Of a stretch of 64,000 bases of DNA, positions 46,833 through 54,772 are shown one piece after another. The position numbers and the translations under genes are program-made. Every line of letters starts with the position of its first letter. Within the stretch, counting starts at the first letter, position 1. The notes beneath the pieces were generated by a model, which saw only the letters and a program-made list of their open reading frames with translations, was not told the DNA's origin and made no database searches. The stretch spans positions 4,694-68,693 of the forward strand of contig JAEEMG010000062.1 of assembly GCA_016283095.1 (NCBI GenBank), in the 5' to 3' direction. Source of the DNA: Paludibacteraceae bacterium (GTDB lineage: Bacteria > Bacteroidota > Bacteroidia > Bacteroidales > Paludibacteraceae).

Positions 46833-47411
46833 ATGGCAGATGTAATATTAAAAAAGAAGATCACTCTTCGCCGTAAGGGAGAGTGTGTTGAGTTCACTTT
46901 CGATGATAAGTTGAAGGTACAGTTGTTTTGGACTTCTGATACAGATCAGGACCTTTGTATTTTCTTTAAGAAGAAAGATGGAGGAATTGGTGGCGTATTC
47001 TCCAATGAGTACAGAGGTAAGAAGTCTGATCTTGGTTCATTAGACAAGTTTCCATTTATGCTTCATAGAGGAGATGAGAAAGATCCTACAGAAGGAAACG
47101 AGCAGATGGAGCAGGTAGATGTAAAAAATCTTGATGAGATTGATACTGCATATGTATGTGTTGTTAACTATGGTGCTGCTATTGAAGGAGAAGACGTTAC
47201 TTTTGCAAATGAAGGATGTCGTGTTGAATTGAAATCGAACACAGGAGATTATCTTGAAGTTATTGGTGATAGCGACAAGGATGGTTATGTGTTCTGTGTA
47301 TGTTCAATTAAAAATGAGGATGGAAAGAATTCGGTGACAAAGGTTGATGAGGTATACGATCTTTCTGATGCTTTTGATAAAATTCCAGGATTCTCTTTGA
47401 TCACAAATTAA
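46833..47411 (+). CDS. TerD-domain protein (operon gene 6)
   Basis: 192 aa, the size of classical TerD. The order VILKKKITLRRKGE / QLFWTSDTDQDLCIFF / HRGDEKDPTEGNEQMEQVDVKNLDEIDTAYVCVVNY / CRVELKSNTG / GYVFCVCSIKNEDG parallels the TerD pattern (SLSKG / GLGWD..DLDASAFLL / HTGDNRTGEGDGDDE.I.V.L / AFIRL / MLFGELYR). Confidence 0.7.
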   Translation: MADVILKKKITLRRKGECVEFTFDDKLKVQLFWTSDTDQDLCIFFKKKDGGIGGVFSNEYRGKKSDLGSLDKFPFMLHRGDEKDPTEGNEQMEQVDVKNLDEIDTAYVCVVNYGAAIEGEDVTFANEGCRVELKSNTGDYLEVIGDSDKDGYVFCVCSIKNEDGKNSVTKVDEVYDLSDAFDKIPGFSLITN

Positions 47412-47417
47412 TAAGAG

Positions 47418-48029
47418 ATGGTTCAGCTTAAGAGAAAAGTAACTCTAAAAGAGAAACATGAAGTTGCTTCTTCAGAGTCGATTCCTTCAGAAACAAGAAA
47501 TCAACAGGAATCTGAAAACAAGTCAAAGTCTTGGCTTCCATTTCTCTTATGTGGATTACTAATTGTAGGTGCAGGTATATATTTCTTGACACGTAATTCT
47601 AGTGGAAACGAGAAAACATACGCTTCAAATGATGAAAATGAGGGAAAAACAGAAATTAAAAACGAAGATTCTGTTATTCCTGTATCCGATGATCAACAAA
47701 GTCCTGTTGTAAGTACAACATCAGTTGTTGAAGATAAGGATATAATACCAAATGAGGTTGTAACTGCCGTTGAATCTAAAAAAGAGTCGTCAATGCCTGA
47801 CAATCCTATAATAGAGAATAAGGTATCTTCTTCTAAATCATCTACAGATGCTAGTAAAACAGAATCTGTAGTGAGATCAGAATCTATACCTGTTTCTGAA
47901 ATAGAGCTTACAGCTAAAGAGGTAATTCGAGGAAATTATGGAAATGGTCGCATTAGAAAAGACAAGTTAGGTGATCGATATTCTGAGATACAAAGTAAGG
48001 TAAATGAAATGTATCGTAAAGGATTGTAA
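47418..48029 (+). CDS. Single-pass membrane protein with Ser/Glu-rich linker and C-terminal CW_7 (Cpl-7-like) peptidoglycan-binding motif (operon gene 7)
   Basis: TM WLPFLLCGLLIVGAGIYFL. Low-complexity linker. C-terminus ELTAKEVIRGNYGNGRIRKDKLGDRYSEIQSKVNEMY resembles the CW_7 repeat consensus (VI.G.(Y/W)GNG..R...LG..Y..VQ..VN). Confidence 0.55.
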   Translation: MVQLKRKVTLKEKHEVASSESIPSETRNQQESENKSKSWLPFLLCGLLIVGAGIYFLTRNSSGNEKTYASNDENEGKTEIKNEDSVIPVSDDQQSPVVSTTSVVEDKDIIPNEVVTAVESKKESSMPDNPIIENKVSSSKSSTDASKTESVVRSESIPVSEIELTAKEVIRGNYGNGRIRKDKLGDRYSEIQSKVNEMYRKGL

Positions 48030-48030
48030 T

Positions 48031-48068
48031 AAACACCTTAGGCAGACAAAGTCTGCCTAAGGTGTTTT
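48031..48068 (+). terminator. Strong intrinsic terminator closing the seven-gene operon
   Basis: Perfect 17-bp stem aaacaccttaggcagac / gtctgcctaaggtgttt with a 3-nt loop, starting 2 nt after the stop, ending in TTTT. Confidence 0.85.
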
Positions 48069-48092
48069 AGAGTATAGCGTATGTTATAACCT

Positions 48093-48404
48093 TTGTGTTT
48101 TTTTTGCTTTCATCTTGTTCTACAACGGATCCTTATAAAAATTATTTTCTATAAGAAAATAATTGGCTCAAGAGTATTCAATGTGTTAGTAGAACATGAA
48201 TATCTCGCAAAAGCATTGGAAACGATAGAAAGCGAATTGACCGGAGATTGTGATGATTTCGCAACACTTATAGCGACATTTATATTGTCTATAGGAGGTG
48301 AGATTCGTGTGACAATAGCGTCTGGTCCAGATGGAGGACATGCGTATACTGAAGGACGTCGGTTTAATCGATTTCAGATTTTAAATGAAGATGGTCATAT
48401 ATGA
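48093..48404 (+). pseudogene. Transglutaminase-like cysteine peptidase core fragment (probable gene remnant)
   Basis: LTGDCDDFATLIATFILSIGGEIRV...GGHAYTE matches the Cys...His part of the transglutaminase-like core (G.C.DFA.L...L.R..GIP.R.V.G....HAW.E). Only about 100 aa, no good start, and an implausible N-terminus. Confidence 0.35.
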
Positions 48405-48544
48405 TTGAATCTTGATTGGCAAACTCTATATTAAGGAGGTTTGTATTTCAATGCAGCTAGAAAAAATGTTATAAATGTATAAATCGAAAATATGTAGTTA
48501 TGGTAATTAACTAATAAAATAGAAACACTAATAATACGATAAAT

Positions 48545-51500
48545 ATGGCAAAAGAACATTACAAAGGGTTGACAGACCAAGAGGTTTTGCAATCAAGAGA
48601 AAAGTATGGAGTAAACATTCTAACTCCACCTGCAGAAGAATCCATGTGGGAGAAGATTAAGAATTGTATGCATTTTTGGTTGCTAAAAGTTGATTTGGCG
48701 ATATTCATAATTGCTGCTATAATTGCATTCGCTTTGCCAATAACAGGCATATATTCCCATGAGGGTCTTTGGGTCGCTCCTGTTCTTTCTTTTGTCTTAT
48801 TTGTTCTTACATATTTTGTCGCGTATTTAGGAGGAGAATGGAATGAAGAAGATGCTGAATTTGATATTGATTCTCTATTTACAATTTTATTGTTCGCACT
48901 TTTACTTTCAGGATCAATAGCATTTTACAATGGCGTGTTCGGAGGTGTAGAAGGATGGACTCCATATCTTGAACTTGTCGGTATTGCGGTTGCTGTCCTT
49001 TTGGCAACAACTGTGGCTCATATATTAGAGTCTCAAAATGAAAAAACATTTCAAAGTTTGAACGATGTAAATGACGATACTCTCGTTAAAGTCATACGAA
49101 ATAACAATGTTTGTCAGGTTCCTCGTCGAGATATTGTTGTGGGAGATATTGTTCTGCTTGAAGCTGGAGAGGAAGTTCCTGCTGATGCAGTGATCCTAAG
49201 ATGCATGAATCTTATAATGAATGAGTCTTCGCTTACTGGAGAACCTCAATGCTCAAAAAGTACAAATCCTGATGAGTTTGATAAGAATGCCACATATCCA
49301 TCTAATCATATTATGAAAGGTTGTACGGTGATGGAGGGTGATTGCATCGCTGAGGTATTTGCAGTTGGTGACAAAACTGCCTGTGGAAAAGTGTTTGAGG
49401 CAGCACAGGTTAAAGATGGAGAAGCTACACCATTAAGTGAGAAACTTGATGAACTTGCCGGATTAATTACTAAAACAAGTTATGGTATTGCTATTCTGAT
49501 TGTGTTAGGACGTCTTATTCGTCATGCATTGATTTTGCCAGAAACAAATTATGTTTCCCTATTTGGATATCTTGGTGTTTCTTTAGTAATTGCTGGATTT
49601 ATTTATTGGGGATTGAATAAAAAGAAGAATGATGATAATGAAGAAAGTATTGAACTATGGCAGGTTATTGTATTTATGATCCTTCCTATAATTGGTATAA
49701 TACTTTATTTCGCATTAGACTCAACAGCATCTACCAATTGGCCTCTATTTATTCAATATGCTCTAGATTCCGTTATGATTGCTGTAACTTTAATTGTTGT
49801 CGCTGTTCCAGAAGGATTACCAATGGCAGTTACGTTAAGTCTTGCATTCAGCATGAAGCGTTTGATGAAACAAAACACATTACCTCGAACAATGCATGCT
49901 TGTGAAACTATGGGTGCTGTTTCTGTGATTTGCTCAGATAAAACTGGAACTTTGACTCAGAATCAAATGAAAGTTGTAGAAACAACTTTTCCTGAATTGA
50001 AAGATCAAAAACTAGGTGACGACAGATATTCGTCACTCCTAAAAGAGTGTATTTCTGTCAATACTACTGCAAATCTTGATTTTGCGGATTCTAAGAAGAT
50101 AAAGGCAATAGGAAATCCAACAGAGGGTGCGTTATTGCTTTGGCTTAATAACAATGGAGCAAATTATTTAAGTATTCGCGAATCATTGCCTGTAATTGAT
50201 CGCTTGCAATTTTCAACCGAGCTTAAGTATATGGCTACAATCGTAAATTCAGAAGTTACAAGTAAGCGAATCGTTTATGTAAAAGGAGCTCCGGATATTT
50301 TGATGGGACTTTGTGATATTTCTGAATCTGAGATGAAGAATTACAATGAAAAACTGACTGAGTATCAAAATCATGCGTATAGGACACTAGCTTTTGCTTA
50401 TAAAGAAATAAAAGATTCTGATGATATCTTTACAGATGGCAAATTGAATATCAACGATCTTAAAATGATGGGAATTGTCGGCATTTTGGATCCTGTTCGT
50501 TCTGATGTGCCTAATGCGATTTCTGAATGTTTGAATGCAGGAATTCAAGTGAAAATTGTAACTGGTGATGCCCCTGGAACAGCTAAAGAAATAGGTCGTC
50601 AACTTGGATTATGGAAAGAAGAGGATAAGGAAGAAAATTTACTCATTGGTACTGAACTTGCTGCAATGTCTGATGAAGAACTAAAAAATCGTTTGCCTAA
50701 AGTTAAAATTATTTCAAGAGCTCGTCCTAACGACAAGGAACGTGCTGTTCGTTTCTTGAAGGATCTTGATTATATTGTTGCTGTGACTGGAGACGGAACA
50801 AATGATGCTCCTGCTCTTAACGCTGCTAATGTTGGCCTATCTATGGGTGATGGTACAGCTGTTGCTAAAGAGGCTAGTGATATGACTATTATAGACAATT
50901 CATTTAGCACTATTGCAAATGCAGTGATGTGGGGCCGTTCTCTTTACAAGAACATCAAGCGTTTCATACTTTTCCAGATGACTGTAAACGTTGCAGCATG
51001 TCTAATCGTTGCAATCGGAGCATTCATTGGGGAAGAGTCGCCTTTGACTGTAACTCAAATGCTTTGGGTTAATTTGATTATGGATACGTTTGCTGCTCTT
51101 GCCTTAGCTTCATTGCCTCCTGCAAAAACAGTTATGGATGAGAAACCACGTTCTGTAAATGAACATATTCTCAAGGATATGGGAGTGGAAATCTTAGGCG
51201 TAGGTGGAATATTCACTGTAATACTTCTTGGAATTTGTGTGTATTTCCAACACACTAATATAACTTGTTTGACAGATCTTTTCGATGGAACTGCGGTGTG
51301 GGGAGACAACGATGGACTTTCTGCATACGAATTAGGCCTGTTCTTCACAATCTTTGTGATGCTTCAGTTTTGGAATTTGTTCAATGCAAAGGCATTCATG
51401 ACTTCTGATTCTGCATTTAAGGGAATTTCTTGGAAAGATACAAAATGGTTTATCATCATTGCCTTGGTAATCTTTGTTGGCCAAGTCCTTATGACTGAAA

Positions 51501-51628
51501 TGCCAGGTTTACAGGAAATGTTTAATGTGGCAGCCGGTGGTGTTAAAGTGATAGATTGGATCATTATTGTAGGTGTTACATCGTTTGTCCTTTGGATTGG
51601 CGAATTATTCAGATTGTTTAAGAAGTAA
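48545..51628 (+). CDS. P-type (P2) Ca2+-transporting ATPase
   Basis: TGE (SLTGEP), VPEGLP in TM4, phosphorylation site CSDKTGTLTQN, TGDAPGTA, hinge VTGDGTNDAPAL, 10 TM. N-terminal cation-ATPase-N segment. Confidence 0.92.
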   Translation: MAKEHYKGLTDQEVLQSREKYGVNILTPPAEESMWEKIKNCMHFWLLKVDLAIFIIAAIIAFALPITGIYSHEGLWVAPVLSFVLFVLTYFVAYLGGEWNEEDAEFDIDSLFTILLFALLLSGSIAFYNGVFGGVEGWTPYLELVGIAVAVLLATTVAHILESQNEKTFQSLNDVNDDTLVKVIRNNNVCQVPRRDIVVGDIVLLEAGEEVPADAVILRCMNLIMNESSLTGEPQCSKSTNPDEFDKNATYPSNHIMKGCTVMEGDCIAEVFAVGDKTACGKVFEAAQVKDGEATPLSEKLDELAGLITKTSYGIAILIVLGRLIRHALILPETNYVSLFGYLGVSLVIAGFIYWGLNKKKNDDNEESIELWQVIVFMILPIIGIILYFALDSTASTNWPLFIQYALDSVMIAVTLIVVAVPEGLPMAVTLSLAFSMKRLMKQNTLPRTMHACETMGAVSVICSDKTGTLTQNQMKVVETTFPELKDQKLGDDRYSSLLKECISVNTTANLDFADSKKIKAIGNPTEGALLLWLNNNGANYLSIRESLPVIDRLQFSTELKYMATIVNSEVTSKRIVYVKGAPDILMGLCDISESEMKNYNEKLTEYQNHAYRTLAFAYKEIKDSDDIFTDGKLNINDLKMMGIVGILDPVRSDVPNAISECLNAGIQVKIVTGDAPGTAKEIGRQLGLWKEEDKEENLLIGTELAAMSDEELKNRLPKVKIISRARPNDKERAVRFLKDLDYIVAVTGDGTNDAPALNAANVGLSMGDGTAVAKEASDMTIIDNSFSTIANAVMWGRSLYKNIKRFILFQMTVNVAACLIVAIGAFIGEESPLTVTQMLWVNLIMDTFAALALASLPPAKTVMDEKPRSVNEHILKDMGVEILGVGGIFTVILLGICVYFQHTNITCLTDLFDGTAVWGDNDGLSAYELGLFFTIFVMLQFWNLFNAKAFMTSDSAFKGISWKDTKWFIIIALVIFVGQVLMTEMPGLQEMFNVAAGGVKVIDWIIIVGVTSFVLWIGELFRLFKK

Positions 51629-51635
51629 TACGAAC

Positions 51636-51680
51636 CAGAGATAGCAGAATGCTTTAATTATTTTGCTATCTCTGATTTTT
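51636..51680. terminator. Hairpin plus T tract between convergent ATPase and GH43 genes
   Basis: cagagatagc(a)...(t)gctatctctg, a 10-11 bp stem with an 18-nt loop, followed by attttt. Confidence 0.55.
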
Positions 51681-51730
51681 ATAAGTTGAGTATATGTGAA
51701 GTGTCGAATTAATTAGGAAACAATCCTCTC

Positions 51731-54544
51731 TCATTCCACCATCACCTTCTCCCCATTTACCACATACACACCTCTTGGCAATACAATTTCTTTTTTGGTT
51801 CCTGCTTTCAGATTGAAATTTTCAAGCAGTTGTCCGTTGATTGTCCATACGCAGACAGTGATGTCGGAATCGGATAGTATGCCTATGCCATTCTGTATGT
51901 TGTAGACGTGGATGTTTTCATTATTGTCGTCTACGTTTATGTCCTTATATGCAGTAGGCTCAAATCCCATACTCTGCATCCATCTGTCGTATGTGCCGTC
52001 GGATTCGTCGCTGATGGCTTCCATATCATATTTCTCGGAGTCAAAACAGAATGCGAACTGGCTGGATGTGGTTTTGGATGAACTGTTCAGACCTACCACA
52101 CCATTGGCTGTCGGTGTCGCACTGAAGTTCGTCAGGACGACGTTGCTGTTGTTGGCAGGAGACAGGTAGAAATAGCCGTCGTGTGTGCCGCTGTCCACTA
52201 TCTTCCATCGTTGTGCCGGACTGTTGTCTGCAATCGCCATGCTCAACTGTCCGTTTGTAGCGTCGAGAGCCATACCGCTTTTTTCATCTGTCAGTTTATA
52301 GAATCCATCGTCTGTTTTCGTCACTTTAAGCGACAGATTGATGTCGTCATTGTCTTCCGTCAACTGCATCTTTCCATCTTTCAGTGATAGGATTCTGTTG
52401 GCGTTCTTTGAAAGCAACACGTATGTGCTTCCTTCTTCAATCTTCGCCACTCGTCTGTAACGGTTGATCTTGTCGAAAATGGACAAATCCCAGTCTGAAT
52501 AGAAACGTATGATCGGATATCCTGTACGCATATCGATCGGCAACCATATATGCCATGACTCACCGACGTTGGCATCTGAGAAATAGTCGCCTCCTTTCCA
52601 TCTGTCTCCCATGTAGATGTAGGCATCATAACGTCCTGGCACTTTGAAGACGTAATTGCTTTGCGAATGGTAGGTGGTGGCTTTCTCGTCGTCGACGCAA
52701 GGATTGCCCAAATCGTTCCATCCGCTCAACGGTAGCTGTGAGTATGACGAGTGGGCAGGGTTGGGATCCCAACCTGTACATCCTGATGTGATTGCCACGA
52801 ATCGTTTGTGATACTTGAATATCGCTGGGGCTTCATACTGCTTCTGCACGAACATACGCTCCCACGTCGGCGATAAATCAAGGAAGTCGTTTGTCAGCAA
52901 CGTGCCGTGCATCGTCATATTTTCCTCGGCTGAACCGAAATGGTAGCCGACCTTATAGTCGGGATCGAACATCAATGTCTGGTCTCGTGAGCCGGACGGT
53001 TGCTCGTCGCCACGCGGACGCATTGTCTTCACGAAGGTGTATGGACCGGTGATTTTGTCGCTGTATAGTATGGCGACGCGGGAAGCCGCATAGCCAGATC
53101 CGTTTTCCCAGTGAACCCACATCACATATTTCCCAGTGTTCGGACAATACATTACTTTCGGACGTTCAAGTGTACGCCCGTAGTTCATATCCTGATAGTC
53201 GTTTCGTAATGGAACTTCAGGACATTTGTAAGCCATACATTCATATTTCCAGTTGTAAAGATCCGTGGATGTGTAGCAGACAATTCCGTTGCTCTTTACA
53301 GGATTCGCACGATAATTCTCGCCAAACCAATAATACACGCCGTCTTTATAAAGCACACATCCTCCATGCGCATTGATGTGGTTGCCATCCGCGTCGTTCC
53401 AGTTCATTCCCAGTCGAAGTGCTGGACTGCCAATGTGGAATTGTGAATATGGTTGTCCGAATTGTGAATCCACAGGTATCAGCATCCAATAATGTTTGCC
53501 GTCGGATCCGCTTTTGTCGCTATAGACGCCCTTGTTGTCGCTTGTGCCGTCGGTGCCAAGATATTTGCTGTTGGAAGAAAACTGTATTCTCACGTATTTG
53601 TCTTCATTCGGAGCGTAGGCAATCTTCAGATGAGCGGTCGAGTTGCTCGACGAATTTGCGAAATGGGTGTCGTATTCTCCCGTCGCATTCAGATAATTAT
53701 TTCCAGAAACACTTTTCAATGCGTATGTGCCGTCGGAAAGGGTCTCGATTGTGAATTGTTGCGACGCGTTGTATGCCGCATTCTTTATCAAAGTATTGTT
53801 GTTGGAGTTTGTCAGAAAACGGTTGCTGGCGTGGACAACGTAGTATTTTTTGCCCGTGCTGAACGGAAGGTTACGGCTGTTGTTGTAGGCAGTGATCGCA
53901 GAATTCAATTCTTTTGTCGCCGCAACAATATTCGTCTGGGAAGAGGCGTTTTCCAAGGCTGTTTTAGCCTCATCTATGGTATTCTGCAGAGATTTTCGCG
54001 CAGACGACGGATATTCTCCACCACCGTCGCCTTCAGAAGTGGATGCAAGACGGTCTTCCGCTTTGTTTATGATGCCTTGCAACCCGTCTGTCACCAGCAC
54101 AGAGGAAGAAGCCTCACGCAAAAACCAGAAGTGGAGAGTCTCCTTTCCGTTTTTATCCGAGTAGACGTAGCTGCCAGGAGCAATCGCGTCGGTGCCGAGA
54201 TAGAGATTGTTTGCGGCACATTTGAAACGGACATATTCGCCACCACAATCCTCAATTGTGAATTTGGCTGCGTTGCCGGTCGTGGAATTGTATTCCGTGT
54301 CCCAGTCGCCAGTTTTAGCGACATTTTTGTTTTGCGATACACTCTTGATGAAGTACGCATTGCCAGTAGCGGAAAATTGAAAAACCTGACCGTTTGTGGC
54401 ATCAAACGTATGGAGGTTAGGCCTACCGTCTACAGCGGAAAGCACCATTCCTGAGGAGTGGAAAATGTAGTATTTTTTGTTTGTGTCGAGAGCGTGAGCT
54501 AGTAAAGAGACGCAACTCAATAGAGTAATCAATAGTGTCTTCAT
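51731..54544 (-). CDS. Secreted multidomain glycoside hydrolase (GH43-like catalytic core, duplicated N-terminal lectin-like modules, ricin/CBM13-like module, T9SS C-terminal sorting domain)
   Basis: Signal peptide MKTLLITLLSCVSLLAHA (ATG at 54544). Two related approx. 125-aa modules. Catalytic region INAHGGCVLYKDGVYYWFGENY is typical of GH43 five-bladed propellers. PAQRWKIV QxW motif. Terminal beta-sandwich ...RGVYVVNGEKVMVE is typical of T9SS CTDs. Confidence 0.75.
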   Translation of the reverse strand: MKTLLITLLSCVSLLAHALDTNKKYYIFHSSGMVLSAVDGRPNLHTFDATNGQVFQFSATGNAYFIKSVSQNKNVAKTGDWDTEYNSTTGNAAKFTIEDCGGEYVRFKCAANNLYLGTDAIAPGSYVYSDKNGKETLHFWFLREASSSVLVTDGLQGIINKAEDRLASTSEGDGGGEYPSSARKSLQNTIDEAKTALENASSQTNIVAATKELNSAITAYNNSRNLPFSTGKKYYVVHASNRFLTNSNNNTLIKNAAYNASQQFTIETLSDGTYALKSVSGNNYLNATGEYDTHFANSSSNSTAHLKIAYAPNEDKYVRIQFSSNSKYLGTDGTSDNKGVYSDKSGSDGKHYWMLIPVDSQFGQPYSQFHIGSPALRLGMNWNDADGNHINAHGGCVLYKDGVYYWFGENYRANPVKSNGIVCYTSTDLYNWKYECMAYKCPEVPLRNDYQDMNYGRTLERPKVMYCPNTGKYVMWVHWENGSGYAASRVAILYSDKITGPYTFVKTMRPRGDEQPSGSRDQTLMFDPDYKVGYHFGSAEENMTMHGTLLTNDFLDLSPTWERMFVQKQYEAPAIFKYHKRFVAITSGCTGWDPNPAHSSYSQLPLSGWNDLGNPCVDDEKATTYHSQSNYVFKVPGRYDAYIYMGDRWKGGDYFSDANVGESWHIWLPIDMRTGYPIIRFYSDWDLSIFDKINRYRRVAKIEEGSTYVLLSKNANRILSLKDGKMQLTEDNDDINLSLKVTKTDDGFYKLTDEKSGMALDATNGQLSMAIADNSPAQRWKIVDSGTHDGYFYLSPANNSNVVLTNFSATPTANGVVGLNSSSKTTSSQFAFCFDSEKYDMEAISDESDGTYDRWMQSMGFEPTAYKDINVDDNNENIHVYNIQNGIGILSDSDITVCVWTINGQLLENFNLKAGTKKEIVLPRGVYVVNGEKVMVE

Positions 54545-54772
54545 AATAGAATCATGTGTTATCATGTCGCTAAGATACAGAGTTTTGCAGATATAAAGAA
54601 GATGATGAGGCAAAAAACAGATGAAAATAAATAATAAGAATCTTGGATATAAACCGATTTGATATTATTGTTTTAGATAATGTGGATTGTGTTCAGATGG
54701 GGATAACAAATGTTGTAGATTATGATAAAGTGAAATTTATTGTTAATTTTGCAGTCCAAATTATTTGAAAAA

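Noticed and set aside
36049-51730. Search for integrase, tRNA attachment site or terminal direct/inverted repeats delimiting the A/T-rich island
   Set aside because: None found by eye. Island status therefore rests only on composition and gene content, and is reported with that limitation.
53492-54454. 320-aa plus-strand ORF (and several 60-110-aa ORFs) inside 51.7-54.6 kb
   Set aside because: It is antisense to the GH43-like gene, which has a signal peptide, catalytic and T9SS motifs. The Arg/Cys/Val-rich composition is typical of a shadow frame.
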